The translations under genes and the position numbers were made by a program. A stretch of 60,117 bases of DNA, the filler included. It is 2 parts of 2 records of this genome, joined end to end, with 100 filler letters (N's around TTAATTAATTAA, not from the genome) between each part and the next. Parts side by side here need not be neighbours in the genome. Positions count along the whole stretch, not along the records: positions 29,099 to 60,117 come from DRR723986_13288; 1 more part is not named here. The stretch is one strand, 5' to 3'. Positions 29,179 to 37,646 of this stretch are shown piece after piece (position 1 is the first letter of the stretch; every line of letters begins with the position of its first letter). A model generated the notes under the pieces. The model was not told where the DNA came from. It made no database searches and worked only from the letters and a program-made list of their open reading frames with translations.

Positions 29179-29220
29179 AATCCTCAATTCTCAACCACAA
29201 ATCTCTCATCCCCAATTCCA
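29179..29220. repeat. degenerate heptamer tandem repeat (6 copies)
   Basis: AATCCTC AATTCTC AACCACA AATCTCT CATCCCC AATTCCA; no G on the plus strand. Confidence 0.55.
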
Positions 29221-29361
29221 CCTGCTCCGATTCACCCGCCCCAAACACCTTCCAGACGCCAATTCTTGTAGCCGGCAGTCAATGCCACAAAGACTCGAGT
29301 CCTCTTTGTCTAGCACAAGCTACCGGCCCTCACACCCGCGCACCTACAAATAACACAAAAC

Positions 29362-30513
29362 CTAAAACCTGGGAAGCGGAGCTATCGCAAATACTGTCTG
29401 CCCGGACCTGGTGTACAACAAGGCATATAAACAGCGCCCCGGCGCGTCAAACTGAAGTACAAGCGCATTCGGCCATTCTTCCATGAATGTGAAACTCGGA
29501 ATCTCCGTATTGCGCGCCTCTTTTAACTGAAAGTTCAAGCTGTGGACTCTAAAGTCCATGGTTGTCAAATTACATGCGACGACCTTGTTTGCCTCAGCCT
29601 GAAGATCATAGTAGTGCAGAAATAGTTCATCAGCGTCGGCGCCCAGAACACGAATCGGAATCATAGTAGTATCTGAAGCCATCGGCGGAGACAAACGCTG
29701 TGTGCCCTGCCCATTTGTTCCTGTCCAATAGATTTCGTCCGCGTACATTTGATAGATACTCTGCGCATCAACTCCGAATGTGGAATTCACGGAGATGCCG
29801 TCAATCTCTAGCTCAATAAATGACATTTCCGGCGAGCTGGAACGTGCAAAATCGAGGAGTCCATATGCATAGCTAGTATTCTGATGACGCGCCCCGGTCC
29901 CGGCGTAATGACTGGCCTGGACAACTACCAAGCCCTCGGAATTTGCTGCCAGATCTATAAAACGTCGATCCTGATCGCAGTCTTGGTAAAACACCTTGCC
30001 GTCGCGAGTTAGTCCAAGGATGGAGCTGCCATAACAAACAATAATCGAATCGCGGCCAAGTGAACTCAAAAAACCCGCTCGTATTTTGCATGGCAACTCA
30101 AAACGTTGAAGCCGGAATGCGGGAATGTCCAGGACATTTAGCGAATCATTGTGAAAAAAAGCGACACTTGTATCTCCTAAAATCGCAAACCTGGTGATAG
30201 GCTCGGCCAGAACATCAACTGGAAACTCGGCGCGTATGTCCAACGGCAAACTGATTAACTCAGTGAATGTCAACTGCTGAGCTGGGAGTTCTTGAGCTGA
30301 CAACACTGGCTTCGCAGACACTGCATCAGTCTGTGGTGACTCCATTGAAGATGTGGAAGCTTCCGGGTTGACAGACGGAAGGGCTGATTCATCTGTTTCG
30401 CCGGAAGTGCAGGCTGAACTGACGAGCAGAAGTACAACACAAGCCAAAACTCTATTATTTGAGAAGATGTGCACGTGAAGTCTCTCAATCGTTAACAGTT
30501 CAGCGACCTGCAA
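29362..30513 (-). CDS. hypothetical lipoprotein (start may be GTG at 30474)
   Basis: Hydrophobic stretch ending in SSAC lipobox, low-complexity linker, beta-rich remainder. Confidence 0.6.
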   Translation of the reverse strand: MQVAELLTIERLHVHIFSNNRVLACVVLLLVSSACTSGETDESALPSVNPEASTSSMESPQTDAVSAKPVLSAQELPAQQLTFTELISLPLDIRAEFPVDVLAEPITRFAILGDTSVAFFHNDSLNVLDIPAFRLQRFELPCKIRAGFLSSLGRDSIIVCYGSSILGLTRDGKVFYQDCDQDRRFIDLAANSEGLVVVQASHYAGTGARHQNTSYAYGLLDFARSSSPEMSFIELEIDGISVNSTFGVDAQSIYQMYADEIYWTGTNGQGTQRLSPPMASDTTMIPIRVLGADADELFLHYYDLQAEANKVVACNLTTMDFRVHSLNFQLKEARNTEIPSFTFMEEWPNALVLQFDAPGRCLYALLYTRSGQTVFAIAPLPRF

Positions 30514-30655
30514 CTGACTCTCGCTTGATCCGGCGAGGTTAATAGAATCAGCAAAATACGACTAATAGACAAATCTGGAGCGTAAAAACCCGAGCAGATC
30601 AGTGCGTGACACTCACTGGCCTGCAACCGACAAATCAAGAACTAACAATATGATA

Positions 30656-30742
30656 AGTAAGCCACCAAAGCAGCATGCGCGGGGGCGAAGCGCTCAAACT
30701 AGTAAGCCACTAAAGCAGAATGCGCAGGGGCGAAACGCTCAA
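30656..30742. repeat. 45-bp-period direct repeat (2 copies)
   Basis: AGTAAGCCACCAAAGCAGCATGCGCGGGGGCGAAGCGCTCAA / AGTAAGCCACTAAAGCAGAATGCGCAGGGGCGAAACGCTCAA. Confidence 0.85.
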
Positions 30743-30913
30743 GAAATTGAATTGAACATCACTGAAGAATAAGCTGCCACGTCAATTGTTAAGTGACAGA
30801 ACACCAGCACTTGCAATAACGGCACTTAATAGTCGACCGAACTCTTGCCCTAAATTTTCTAACTTGCGCAACAGAACGTATTTTTTTTACGAAGTCCCCT
30901 GCTTAAGCAAATC

Positions 30914-31303
30914 ATGGAGTCCAAAATGTTAAGTTTCCAAGGCATCTGGCCGGTACTACGAATATTTGACTATAAAAAAGCAGTTGAATTCTATTGCGAT
31001 TATCTTGGCTGTAGCATCGACTGGGAACACAGATTTGAAAAACATATGCCGGTCTACATGCAGGTCAGCCGCGAGAATTTTAGTGTGCATCTGAGTGAAC
31101 ATCATGGAGATGCCACGCCGGGATCATGTCAATTTGTGCTAATGCAGGGAGTGAAGGAATTGCACAAAGAGCTGCAGGCCAAAGACTATCCCTACCTGAA
31201 CCCAGGCCTGGAAGAGACACCATGGAAGCACCTTGTACTGCAGGTCAAAGATCCCTTTGGCAATACCCTGCGCTTTAGTGAAGCACTGGAGCAAGATAGT
31301 TAA
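30914..31303 (+). CDS. VOC/glyoxalase-bleomycin resistance family protein
   Basis: PVLRIFDYKKAVEFY..LG..DWEHRF, HLSEHHGD, DPFGN. Confidence 0.9.
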   Translation: MESKMLSFQGIWPVLRIFDYKKAVEFYCDYLGCSIDWEHRFEKHMPVYMQVSRENFSVHLSEHHGDATPGSCQFVLMQGVKELHKELQAKDYPYLNPGLEETPWKHLVLQVKDPFGNTLRFSEALEQDS

Positions 31304-31360
31304 ACTTTAGGCAATCTGCACGGATTAAACACATGCAGGTGTTAACTGATTTTGATTTTC

Positions 31361-31975
31361 TTACGAAAGATTTATCGCGACCATCTTCTCGATGTGTTTA
31401 ACTGCATTGTGTAAAAAATGTGAGTCGTCGTGCAGTACGGACATAAACATTGCACCTTCCAACTGGCAAATCACTGTGTCGCTGAACTCGGCAGGGTTAA
31501 ACTCGGAGTTAAACTCCCCGGCATCGTAGGCCGTTTGTGCCAGATGCAGAATTCGCCTGTGAAGTTTGTTAACAGCATTGCGCGCGGGTTCGCGTAGAGC
31601 AGCATACTCGCCCTTAGCTTCAATCCCAGTATTCAGTACGGGACAGCCGGCCGGGAAAAAACTATCCTGTTCATACATTTCACAGTACGAGCGCACCAGA
31701 TGAATCAGCCTGACTGAGGACTTTGTAGCCCTGCAAGCCAGCATACGTTGGTCCAGCGCATGTGCGAGCTGCGCACCGGCCCAGTTAAATGACGCGCGTG
31801 CCAACTCGTGTTTACTCGCAAAGTGATTGTAGAGACCGCCCTTTTTGACACCTGCTGCCGCACAGATTTCACTGACAGAACTGCCGGCATATCCTTTTGC
31901 ATTAAAAAGCGGAGTTACACGCTCCAAAATCGCATTGCGGGTGCGCTCCCCTTTTCGAGATCGATCCTGGCCCAT
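31361..31975 (-). CDS. TetR/AcrR family regulator (LmrA/YxaF-like)
   Basis: HTH SVSEICAAAGVKKGGLYNHFASK; GCPVLN C-terminal motif. Confidence 0.92.
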   Translation of the reverse strand: MGQDRSRKGERTRNAILERVTPLFNAKGYAGSSVSEICAAAGVKKGGLYNHFASKHELARASFNWAGAQLAHALDQRMLACRATKSSVRLIHLVRSYCEMYEQDSFFPAGCPVLNTGIEAKGEYAALREPARNAVNKLHRRILHLAQTAYDAGEFNSEFNPAEFSDTVICQLEGAMFMSVLHDDSHFLHNAVKHIEKMVAINLS

Positions 31976-32034
31976 ATCCGACTCGCATATATTGCGTATT
32001 TTCAGCAGAATTCTATAAATTGCAGCTAGAAAAT

Positions 32035-32048
32035 ACCGAACGGTCGGT
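32035..32048. promoter_or_regulatory. putative TetR operator
   Basis: 14-bp near-palindrome ACCGAACGGTCGGT with AAAAT/TTT flanks between the divergent tetR and fabF genes. Confidence 0.65.
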
Positions 32049-32112
32049 TTTAAATCAAGTCGCTCGCGATATTTTGAGCAAAAAGTCAGTGATCAACGCA
32101 AAGGCGAAGACA

Positions 32113-33378
32113 ATGCAAAAAGGCACGGAAAACGATCGGATTGTCATAAGTGGAATGGGTGCGGTAACGCCGCTTGGAAACAGCGTGGAGACGTACAATC
32201 AGGGGCTGCAGGCCGGAACCAGCGGTGCGGCTACGATAACACACTTCGATGCCGCCGCACTGAATACACGTTTTGCCTGTGAAGTCAAGGACTTCGATCC
32301 GGGCAATCACATGGACATGAAGAAGGCGCGCCGTTTTGATCCATTTTGCCACTATGCCCTGGCGGCCGCCGGGGAGGCAATTAAGGACGCAAATCTGGAT
32401 CCGCAGAGCCTGACAGCCACTGAACGCGACAGAATTGGAGTGATTTTTGGCTCCGGAATCGGCGGAATCAGTCTGCTCGAAGAGCAAACGCGCCGCCTCC
32501 ACGATCGCGGACCACGTGCGGTTTCGCCCTTCCTTGTTCCCATGATGATCGGCAATATGGCGCCCGGTGCGATTGCAATGGAATACGGCCTGCGCGGCCC
32601 CAACCACGGTGTTGTATCGGCCTGTGCCTCAGGCAACCACGCTATCGGCGATGCCCTGCTGGCACTGCGTTCCGGCGATGCGGACATGATAATCTGTGGC
32701 GGAACTGAAGCGCCGATCACCGAACTGGCAATGGCCGGATTCAGTCGCATGCAGGCGCTGTCAACGCGCAACGATGCCCCGACTGAAGCTTCACGCCCAT
32801 TTGACAAAGACCGCGATGGATTTGTCTCCGGCGAAGGTGCCGCTGCGCTTGTACTGGAAACCTACGCCAATGCCGTTAAACGCGGCGCCACAATTCACGC
32901 CGAGCTACTCGGTTACGGAGCCTCGGCCGACGCCTACCACTACGCCGCCCCGGACCCCGAAGCCGGTGGTATTACACTGGCGATGCAGCGCGCGATGCAG
33001 CACGCAAACATTTCCACAGCGGACATTGACTATATCAATCTGCACGCCACGTCCACTCCGCTGGGCGACAAGGCAGAGAGCACGGCCATCGTTAACCTGT
33101 TTAAAAGCGATGCGCAGCGTTTACACCTGAGCTCAACCAAAAGCATGACCGGGCATCTGCTGGGTGCGGCGGGAGCAATCGAGGCCGTCGCATGTATTCT
33201 GGCACTCAAACACGGCTATATTCCACCAACTATTAACTTGAATGTGAGCGACGTAGAAGGTAATCTTAATTTTACGCCCGGCACAAAAACTGCGGCTTCA
33301 ATTAACACAGCTATGTCAAATGCATTTGGTTTTGGCGGACACAATACATCGGTAATCTTCGGCCGCTTTGCGGATTAA
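32113..33378 (+). CDS. fabF: beta-ketoacyl-ACP synthase II
   Basis: SACASG (Cys), LHATST and GHLLGAAG (His-His), NAFGFGGHN; ATG at 32113 preferred. Confidence 0.95.
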   Translation: MQKGTENDRIVISGMGAVTPLGNSVETYNQGLQAGTSGAATITHFDAAALNTRFACEVKDFDPGNHMDMKKARRFDPFCHYALAAAGEAIKDANLDPQSLTATERDRIGVIFGSGIGGISLLEEQTRRLHDRGPRAVSPFLVPMMIGNMAPGAIAMEYGLRGPNHGVVSACASGNHAIGDALLALRSGDADMIICGGTEAPITELAMAGFSRMQALSTRNDAPTEASRPFDKDRDGFVSGEGAAALVLETYANAVKRGATIHAELLGYGASADAYHYAAPDPEAGGITLAMQRAMQHANISTADIDYINLHATSTPLGDKAESTAIVNLFKSDAQRLHLSSTKSMTGHLLGAAGAIEAVACILALKHGYIPPTINLNVSDVEGNLNFTPGTKTAASINTAMSNAFGFGGHNTSVIFGRFAD

Positions 33379-33821
33379 GTTGTTCCGCGGCAGTAAAAAC
33401 TGGTGAATTTGTTACGAAATTGTAATCTCAGCACGCAAAAACTGCAATTTAGCGGCTGGACTGCATCAATATTTTTTGCTAGCAGCAGCCAAATTGATGT
33501 ACATTGGGACTTAAACGTTGGCGTGGGGAAATAACGCCGCGGTGTTTTTTAACTTTGGGGAGTCTGACGACCTGCATTTCCAATTCCGGGAACACTTACT
33601 GGCGCGTAGTAAGTACAAATGCATGCATTGGCAAACAGCATAGTTTGCCCTCTCGTTAATGACCTCTCATTTCTCCTTGTTTTTTTTAGACTCAACACCT
33701 GTTACCTAATGTTAACAGGCGGGATATCGATTTGTTTAAACCGCAAGCTGGTGCGACTACACATTTAAGCTTGTGCCGAGCATTCCAAGCCATACAAAAC
33801 GTAATATTTCAGGTGAAAACT

Positions 33822-34313
33822 ATGTTTAACACACTACGTGGATTTGTTGTCGCGACAGCGATTATATTCGGGACAACTGCAGTATCATTTGCACAGGATG
33901 GTCTGGACCATGCAGACGAGCATGCACATTCAGCCTGGCACCTTGGCATCTTCAGTGGTTTAACAACCAACTTCGATGCCGAACACACAGACCCTACTAT
34001 TGGTGTGGATCTGTTTTATCGATTTGCGGACGACTTCTCGGCCGGTGTAGAAGTTGAGGATATTTTCGCCAGTCACAATGAGATACTGCTAATGGCGCTC
34101 CTGGGCTACCATGCCACAGAAGACCTGATGATTTTTACAGGTGCGGGTGCCTTGATGATTGAAGATGTCGACGGCACCGAATTTGTAACACGTCTGGGAG
34201 CAATGTATTCGTTCCATGCCGGGCCGGTCTCAATAGCTCCAACTGCTGCGGCAGACCTGGTGGATGGTCATTTTCTGGTGCTCTACGGCTTAACATTCGG
34301 AATTGGTTTGTAA
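33822..34313 (+). CDS. small outer-membrane beta-barrel-like protein with His-rich N-terminus
   Basis: Signal peptide ending SFAQ, DHADEHAHS, alternating beta strands, C-terminal YGLTFGIGL; ATG at 33822 preferred. Confidence 0.7.
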   Translation: MFNTLRGFVVATAIIFGTTAVSFAQDGLDHADEHAHSAWHLGIFSGLTTNFDAEHTDPTIGVDLFYRFADDFSAGVEVEDIFASHNEILLMALLGYHATEDLMIFTGAGALMIEDVDGTEFVTRLGAMYSFHAGPVSIAPTAAADLVDGHFLVLYGLTFGIGL

Positions 34314-34363
34314 ATTTCTCACAGCTTGTTTAACTGTGAACTTCGATTGGATAGTGCTGATCG

Positions 34364-34399
34364 CCAAGACCCACTTTAGGGTGGGTCTTGGTCTTTTTT
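34364..34399 (+). terminator. intrinsic terminator
   Basis: CCAAGACCCAC/GTGGGTCTTGG stem followed by TCTTTTTT. Confidence 0.85.
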
Positions 34400-34490
34400 G
34401 AGTTTTCTTGTTAGTCGATGTGATAGAATTGTTAAGTTTCGCAGCCCGCAAGTGCCAACAGCCCTGGCCTTGTTTTTAGCATTTGTGCCT

Positions 34491-35807
34491 TTATTTAACC
34501 GGCAGTTTATTCTGATCCAAAAGCGCACCACTTGGACTTTCGATCAAAATCAGGTAGTCACCAGCTTTAATGTCAGTCGGAATATCTGTTTCAATTTCAA
34601 AGTAGCCGGCAATCAGGGAACCGCTCCACAGAACCGTACGGCTTTGGCCATCGATTGCCTGCAGAACAATCTTAAACGGACTCTCCTTGCCGAGTGTAAC
34701 TCCAACACGACAGACTTCCCCGCGCACAGCCGGATTCGGTTTGAGTGATGTTAACTTGTATGTTGGCGCTAGTGTTCTACCGCCAATATTAAGGTTAACA
34801 CTTGGACTGCCGGGAGTAAATGCCGGTGCCGCTGTTGAATTCTGGCCCTGCATTCTTGTCAAAGGAACGACATTGTAGCGCGCATCAAAACGACGCTGCT
34901 CTTCTTCGTTGAAATTCCAGTGTTTAGTGTCCGGTACCCAGCCAGTTTCCAGTTTAACTTTATCGGCATAGGCCAGCACTTTATTGAACCAGACTTCTTC
35001 GAGTGAATCGCACGTGGCTCTCGGGAGAGGAATTCCTTTGGCGTCGCTCGTCGCGGACCAGCTGAGGCGCTCTGTCGTCGTTTGCCCGATTGTCAAACCC
35101 GTATTACCCTGGCCCCAGCGACGCGCAATAACTTGAACGTAAACTGTTTGCCCCGCCAATTCCTGATGTACTTTTACGGTATGGTTGATCAATTCCGGAG
35201 CATCACCATAGTGCTTGGCTTTATCGATTCCAGCAATGTTAAGTACTTGCAGTACCTGATGACTGTCACTGTGGCGCAGCTGAACTTCCCATTCCAACTT
35301 GTCTGGAGCGCGTTCTGCAAAACTTTTCTCTGGCTCAGGTGGCTCGTCATCGCCTTCTACCTGTGCACTCCCCGAACCCAGGAACAATAGATTCATGTTG
35401 CGAAAAAACGAGATGTGGAATGGTGACTGCAGCGGCAGCGTGAATTCTTCTGAGCGGCTCAGAGTCGTAAGTTGCACCTGCTCAATCTGTCCACTGCGGT
35501 CCACGACCTTTTCCGACTCTGGGAATATTGCGCGGTCCCACATCATTAAATTGACTCTTGCAGCGCTGCCTTTGGATTTAAGGTAGATTTCACCGAAGTG
35601 CATAAAGGCGCTTGCGTCGCCAAAAGATCTGTACCAACTCAGATAACGCAAAAACTCGGCGTCCTGCGGAGTTATTTTGTAAACAACTTCAGGTGTATCG
35701 GCAGATGTTGTTTGCTCCGCGGTCACCGGCGCTGAGCTCCACATGCAAAGCAGTGCTGCGCAGGTGAGGCCGGATAGTCGTTGGAAGTTGATGTTAAGAA
35801 ATTGCAT
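34491..35807 (-). CDS. secreted hypothetical protein with T9SS-type C-terminal domain
   Basis: True start likely ATG 35807 (GAGGAG upstream; the longer ORF runs through the tRNA); signal peptide; C-terminal KPNP..IDGQ..AGDYLILI. Confidence 0.7.
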   Translation of the reverse strand: MQFLNINFQRLSGLTCAALLCMWSSAPVTAEQTTSADTPEVVYKITPQDAEFLRYLSWYRSFGDASAFMHFGEIYLKSKGSAARVNLMMWDRAIFPESEKVVDRSGQIEQVQLTTLSRSEEFTLPLQSPFHISFFRNMNLLFLGSGSAQVEGDDEPPEPEKSFAERAPDKLEWEVQLRHSDSHQVLQVLNIAGIDKAKHYGDAPELINHTVKVHQELAGQTVYVQVIARRWGQGNTGLTIGQTTTERLSWSATSDAKGIPLPRATCDSLEEVWFNKVLAYADKVKLETGWVPDTKHWNFNEEEQRRFDARYNVVPLTRMQGQNSTAAPAFTPGSPSVNLNIGGRTLAPTYKLTSLKPNPAVRGEVCRVGVTLGKESPFKIVLQAIDGQSRTVLWSGSLIAGYFEIETDIPTDIKAGDYLILIESPSGALLDQNKLPVK

Positions 35808-35845
35808 GCCGCTCCTCAAAAGCGAAAAGATTGAGTAAAAACCAT

Positions 35846-35880
35846 AAAAGCCCCGATATCGCGAGGAAATCGGGGCTTTT
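35846..35880 (-). terminator. intrinsic terminator after tRNA-Thr
   Basis: AAAAGCCCCGAT..ATCGGGGCTTTT inverted repeat immediately 3' of the tRNA. Confidence 0.8.
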
Positions 35881-35893
35881 TGGGCTTTCAGCG

Positions 35894-35966
35894 AGCCAAC
35901 CATCGGACTTGAACCGACGACCTGCTCATTACGAGTGAGCTGCTCTACCAGCTGAGCTAGGTTGGC
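35894..35966 (-). tRNA. tRNA-Thr(CGT)
   Basis: GCCAACC acceptor stem, TAGCTCAGCTGGTAGAGC D-arm, GCTCA-CTCGTAA-TGAGC anticodon arm, GGTTCAAGTCC T-arm; CCA not encoded. Confidence 0.97.
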
Positions 35967-36066
35967 TTGTCTGTCGTCAAACGCCAAGGCGTTCTCATAC
36001 AAGACTGCAAAAATACGACCTAGCTCCATACTGTGCAAGCAAGCGCATCAATTTGTTGCCGATTTT

Positions 36067-37563
36067 TTAGCCCGGATAGATATCGTCGATTTTAACGCGC
36101 ATATAATCCAGGTAATCCTGCTCAGTCAGATCGCGTCCGGTAATGCCGTTTATAATCTGCTTGGAGCTACGCGTGCGGCCGTACTGATGTACGTTTGTGC
36201 GCAGCCACTCAAGCAGTGGTGCAAAATTACCCTGCGAAATCATATTGCGAACTTCGGGCATGTCCTTCTGAACCTGTGCCCACATCATCGCCGCATAGAG
36301 TTTACCCAGCGAGTACGAGGGGAAGTATCCAAAACCGCCAAATGACCAGTGCACGTCCTGCAGACAGCCCATCGCATTGTCAGGTGGTTCCACGCCCAGG
36401 TATTCGCGCATTTTTGAATTCCAGACTTCGGGAATATCATCAACTTTTAACTCACCGCCCAGCAGGCCACGCTCAATTTCGTAGCGCAGAATAATGTGCA
36501 TGTGATATGTTAACTCATCAGCTGCGATGCGAATCAGACCGGGTTTAATGACATTTACAGCGCGATAAGTATGTTCGGCATCAACGCCGGTATGGCCGTT
36601 GAGATAGGTGTCGCGGAACTGCGGATGCATCCACTGCCAGAATTCGCGGCTGCGAGCGACGATGTCTTCCCAGAACAGCGATTGTGACTCGTGGATCCCC
36701 ATCGAAACACCGCCGGAGGCGGCAGTGCGCGAGTAGCGTTCGTCAATTCCCTGCTCGTACATTCCGTGGCCGGCCTCGTGAATCACGCTGTACAGGCAGG
36801 TGCGCAGGTCATCTTCCACGCGCGTGGTCAGACGCACATCGGTATGCGAAAAGTTCGTGCAGAAGGGATGTGCCGAAAGGTCCAGGCGTCCACAATCAAA
36901 GTCAAAACCAATTTTACCGGCTACATTGCGTGCAAACTGCAACTGCGTATCTGCCGAGACTTTAGCATTCGTCAGGTAAGAGTCGTCTGGGTGTTGACGG
37001 GTACTGACTTCGTCCAGCATGCCGCGCACACCGGCTTTGAGGCGTGCGAACACGGGGTCCACGTCTGCAACTGTCAAGCCGGGTTCGTAGAGGTTCATGA
37101 GCGCGTCAAGCTTGTGGCCTTCATAACCGTAGAGGTCGGCAGCGCGTGATTTCAGCTCAAGCAATTTTTCCAGGTGTGGCTTAAACTCGGCAAAGTCGTT
37201 TTTACCGCGTGCCGTTTTCCAGGACTCACCTGCGAGTGATTCGGCCATCGCGGTCTCGCGTACAAGGTCGTCAGGCAGTTTAACAAGACGGTCAAAATCC
37301 AGGAGAAAACAGCGCATGACCCCCTGCTCAAAAGCCGGCATAGAGTCGATGTTTTCGCGAATATTCCCCGCCATTCTTATGGTATTGGGATTCGTCATCA
37401 GGCTGTGGCTCATGGACGAAAGCCCGGCGAGCGTTTGCGCACGCGTGTTTAGGGCTCCTGGTGGCATGAGGGTTTCCTGATCCCAGTTAAACACGGCAGC
37501 CGCAGCATCAAGGTCTGCAACCTGTTGCATCAACTGTTCAGCCTGTCTGTACAATGTGCTCAT
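36067..37563 (-). CDS. M32 family carboxypeptidase (Taq-like)
   Basis: HPF, DVRLTTR, HEAGH, HESQS, IRIAADE, GCLQDVHWS, GYFPSY. Confidence 0.95.
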   Translation of the reverse strand: MSTLYRQAEQLMQQVADLDAAAAVFNWDQETLMPPGALNTRAQTLAGLSSMSHSLMTNPNTIRMAGNIRENIDSMPAFEQGVMRCFLLDFDRLVKLPDDLVRETAMAESLAGESWKTARGKNDFAEFKPHLEKLLELKSRAADLYGYEGHKLDALMNLYEPGLTVADVDPVFARLKAGVRGMLDEVSTRQHPDDSYLTNAKVSADTQLQFARNVAGKIGFDFDCGRLDLSAHPFCTNFSHTDVRLTTRVEDDLRTCLYSVIHEAGHGMYEQGIDERYSRTAASGGVSMGIHESQSLFWEDIVARSREFWQWMHPQFRDTYLNGHTGVDAEHTYRAVNVIKPGLIRIAADELTYHMHIILRYEIERGLLGGELKVDDIPEVWNSKMREYLGVEPPDNAMGCLQDVHWSFGGFGYFPSYSLGKLYAAMMWAQVQKDMPEVRNMISQGNFAPLLEWLRTNVHQYGRTRSSKQIINGITGRDLTEQDYLDYMRVKIDDIYPG

Positions 37564-37646
37564 TCAGTTTCAATCCAATTATTAGCAATCCCAAAGTGCA
37601 ATGCATGGCACAACCGTCGGAGGCAAAGCCGGCGGAAAGCAATTAA

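Noticed and set aside
30656-30742. CRISPR array
   Set aside because: Only two units, a 3-nt spacer and no cas genes
33520-33580. Possible hammerhead ribozyme (GAAA ... CTGACGA)
   Set aside because: Stems I and III cannot be formed in register with the cleavage triplet, and the 10.1-11.1 pair is reversed; core words are likely coincidental
33555-33668. yybP-ykoY riboswitch (GGGGAGT start)
   Set aside because: The other conserved elements (GTCAATAC-like loop, GCGAGACC end) are not present
29362-35966. tRNA-integrated genomic island or prophage
   Set aside because: No integrase, phage genes or duplicated tRNA 3' end visible in the window
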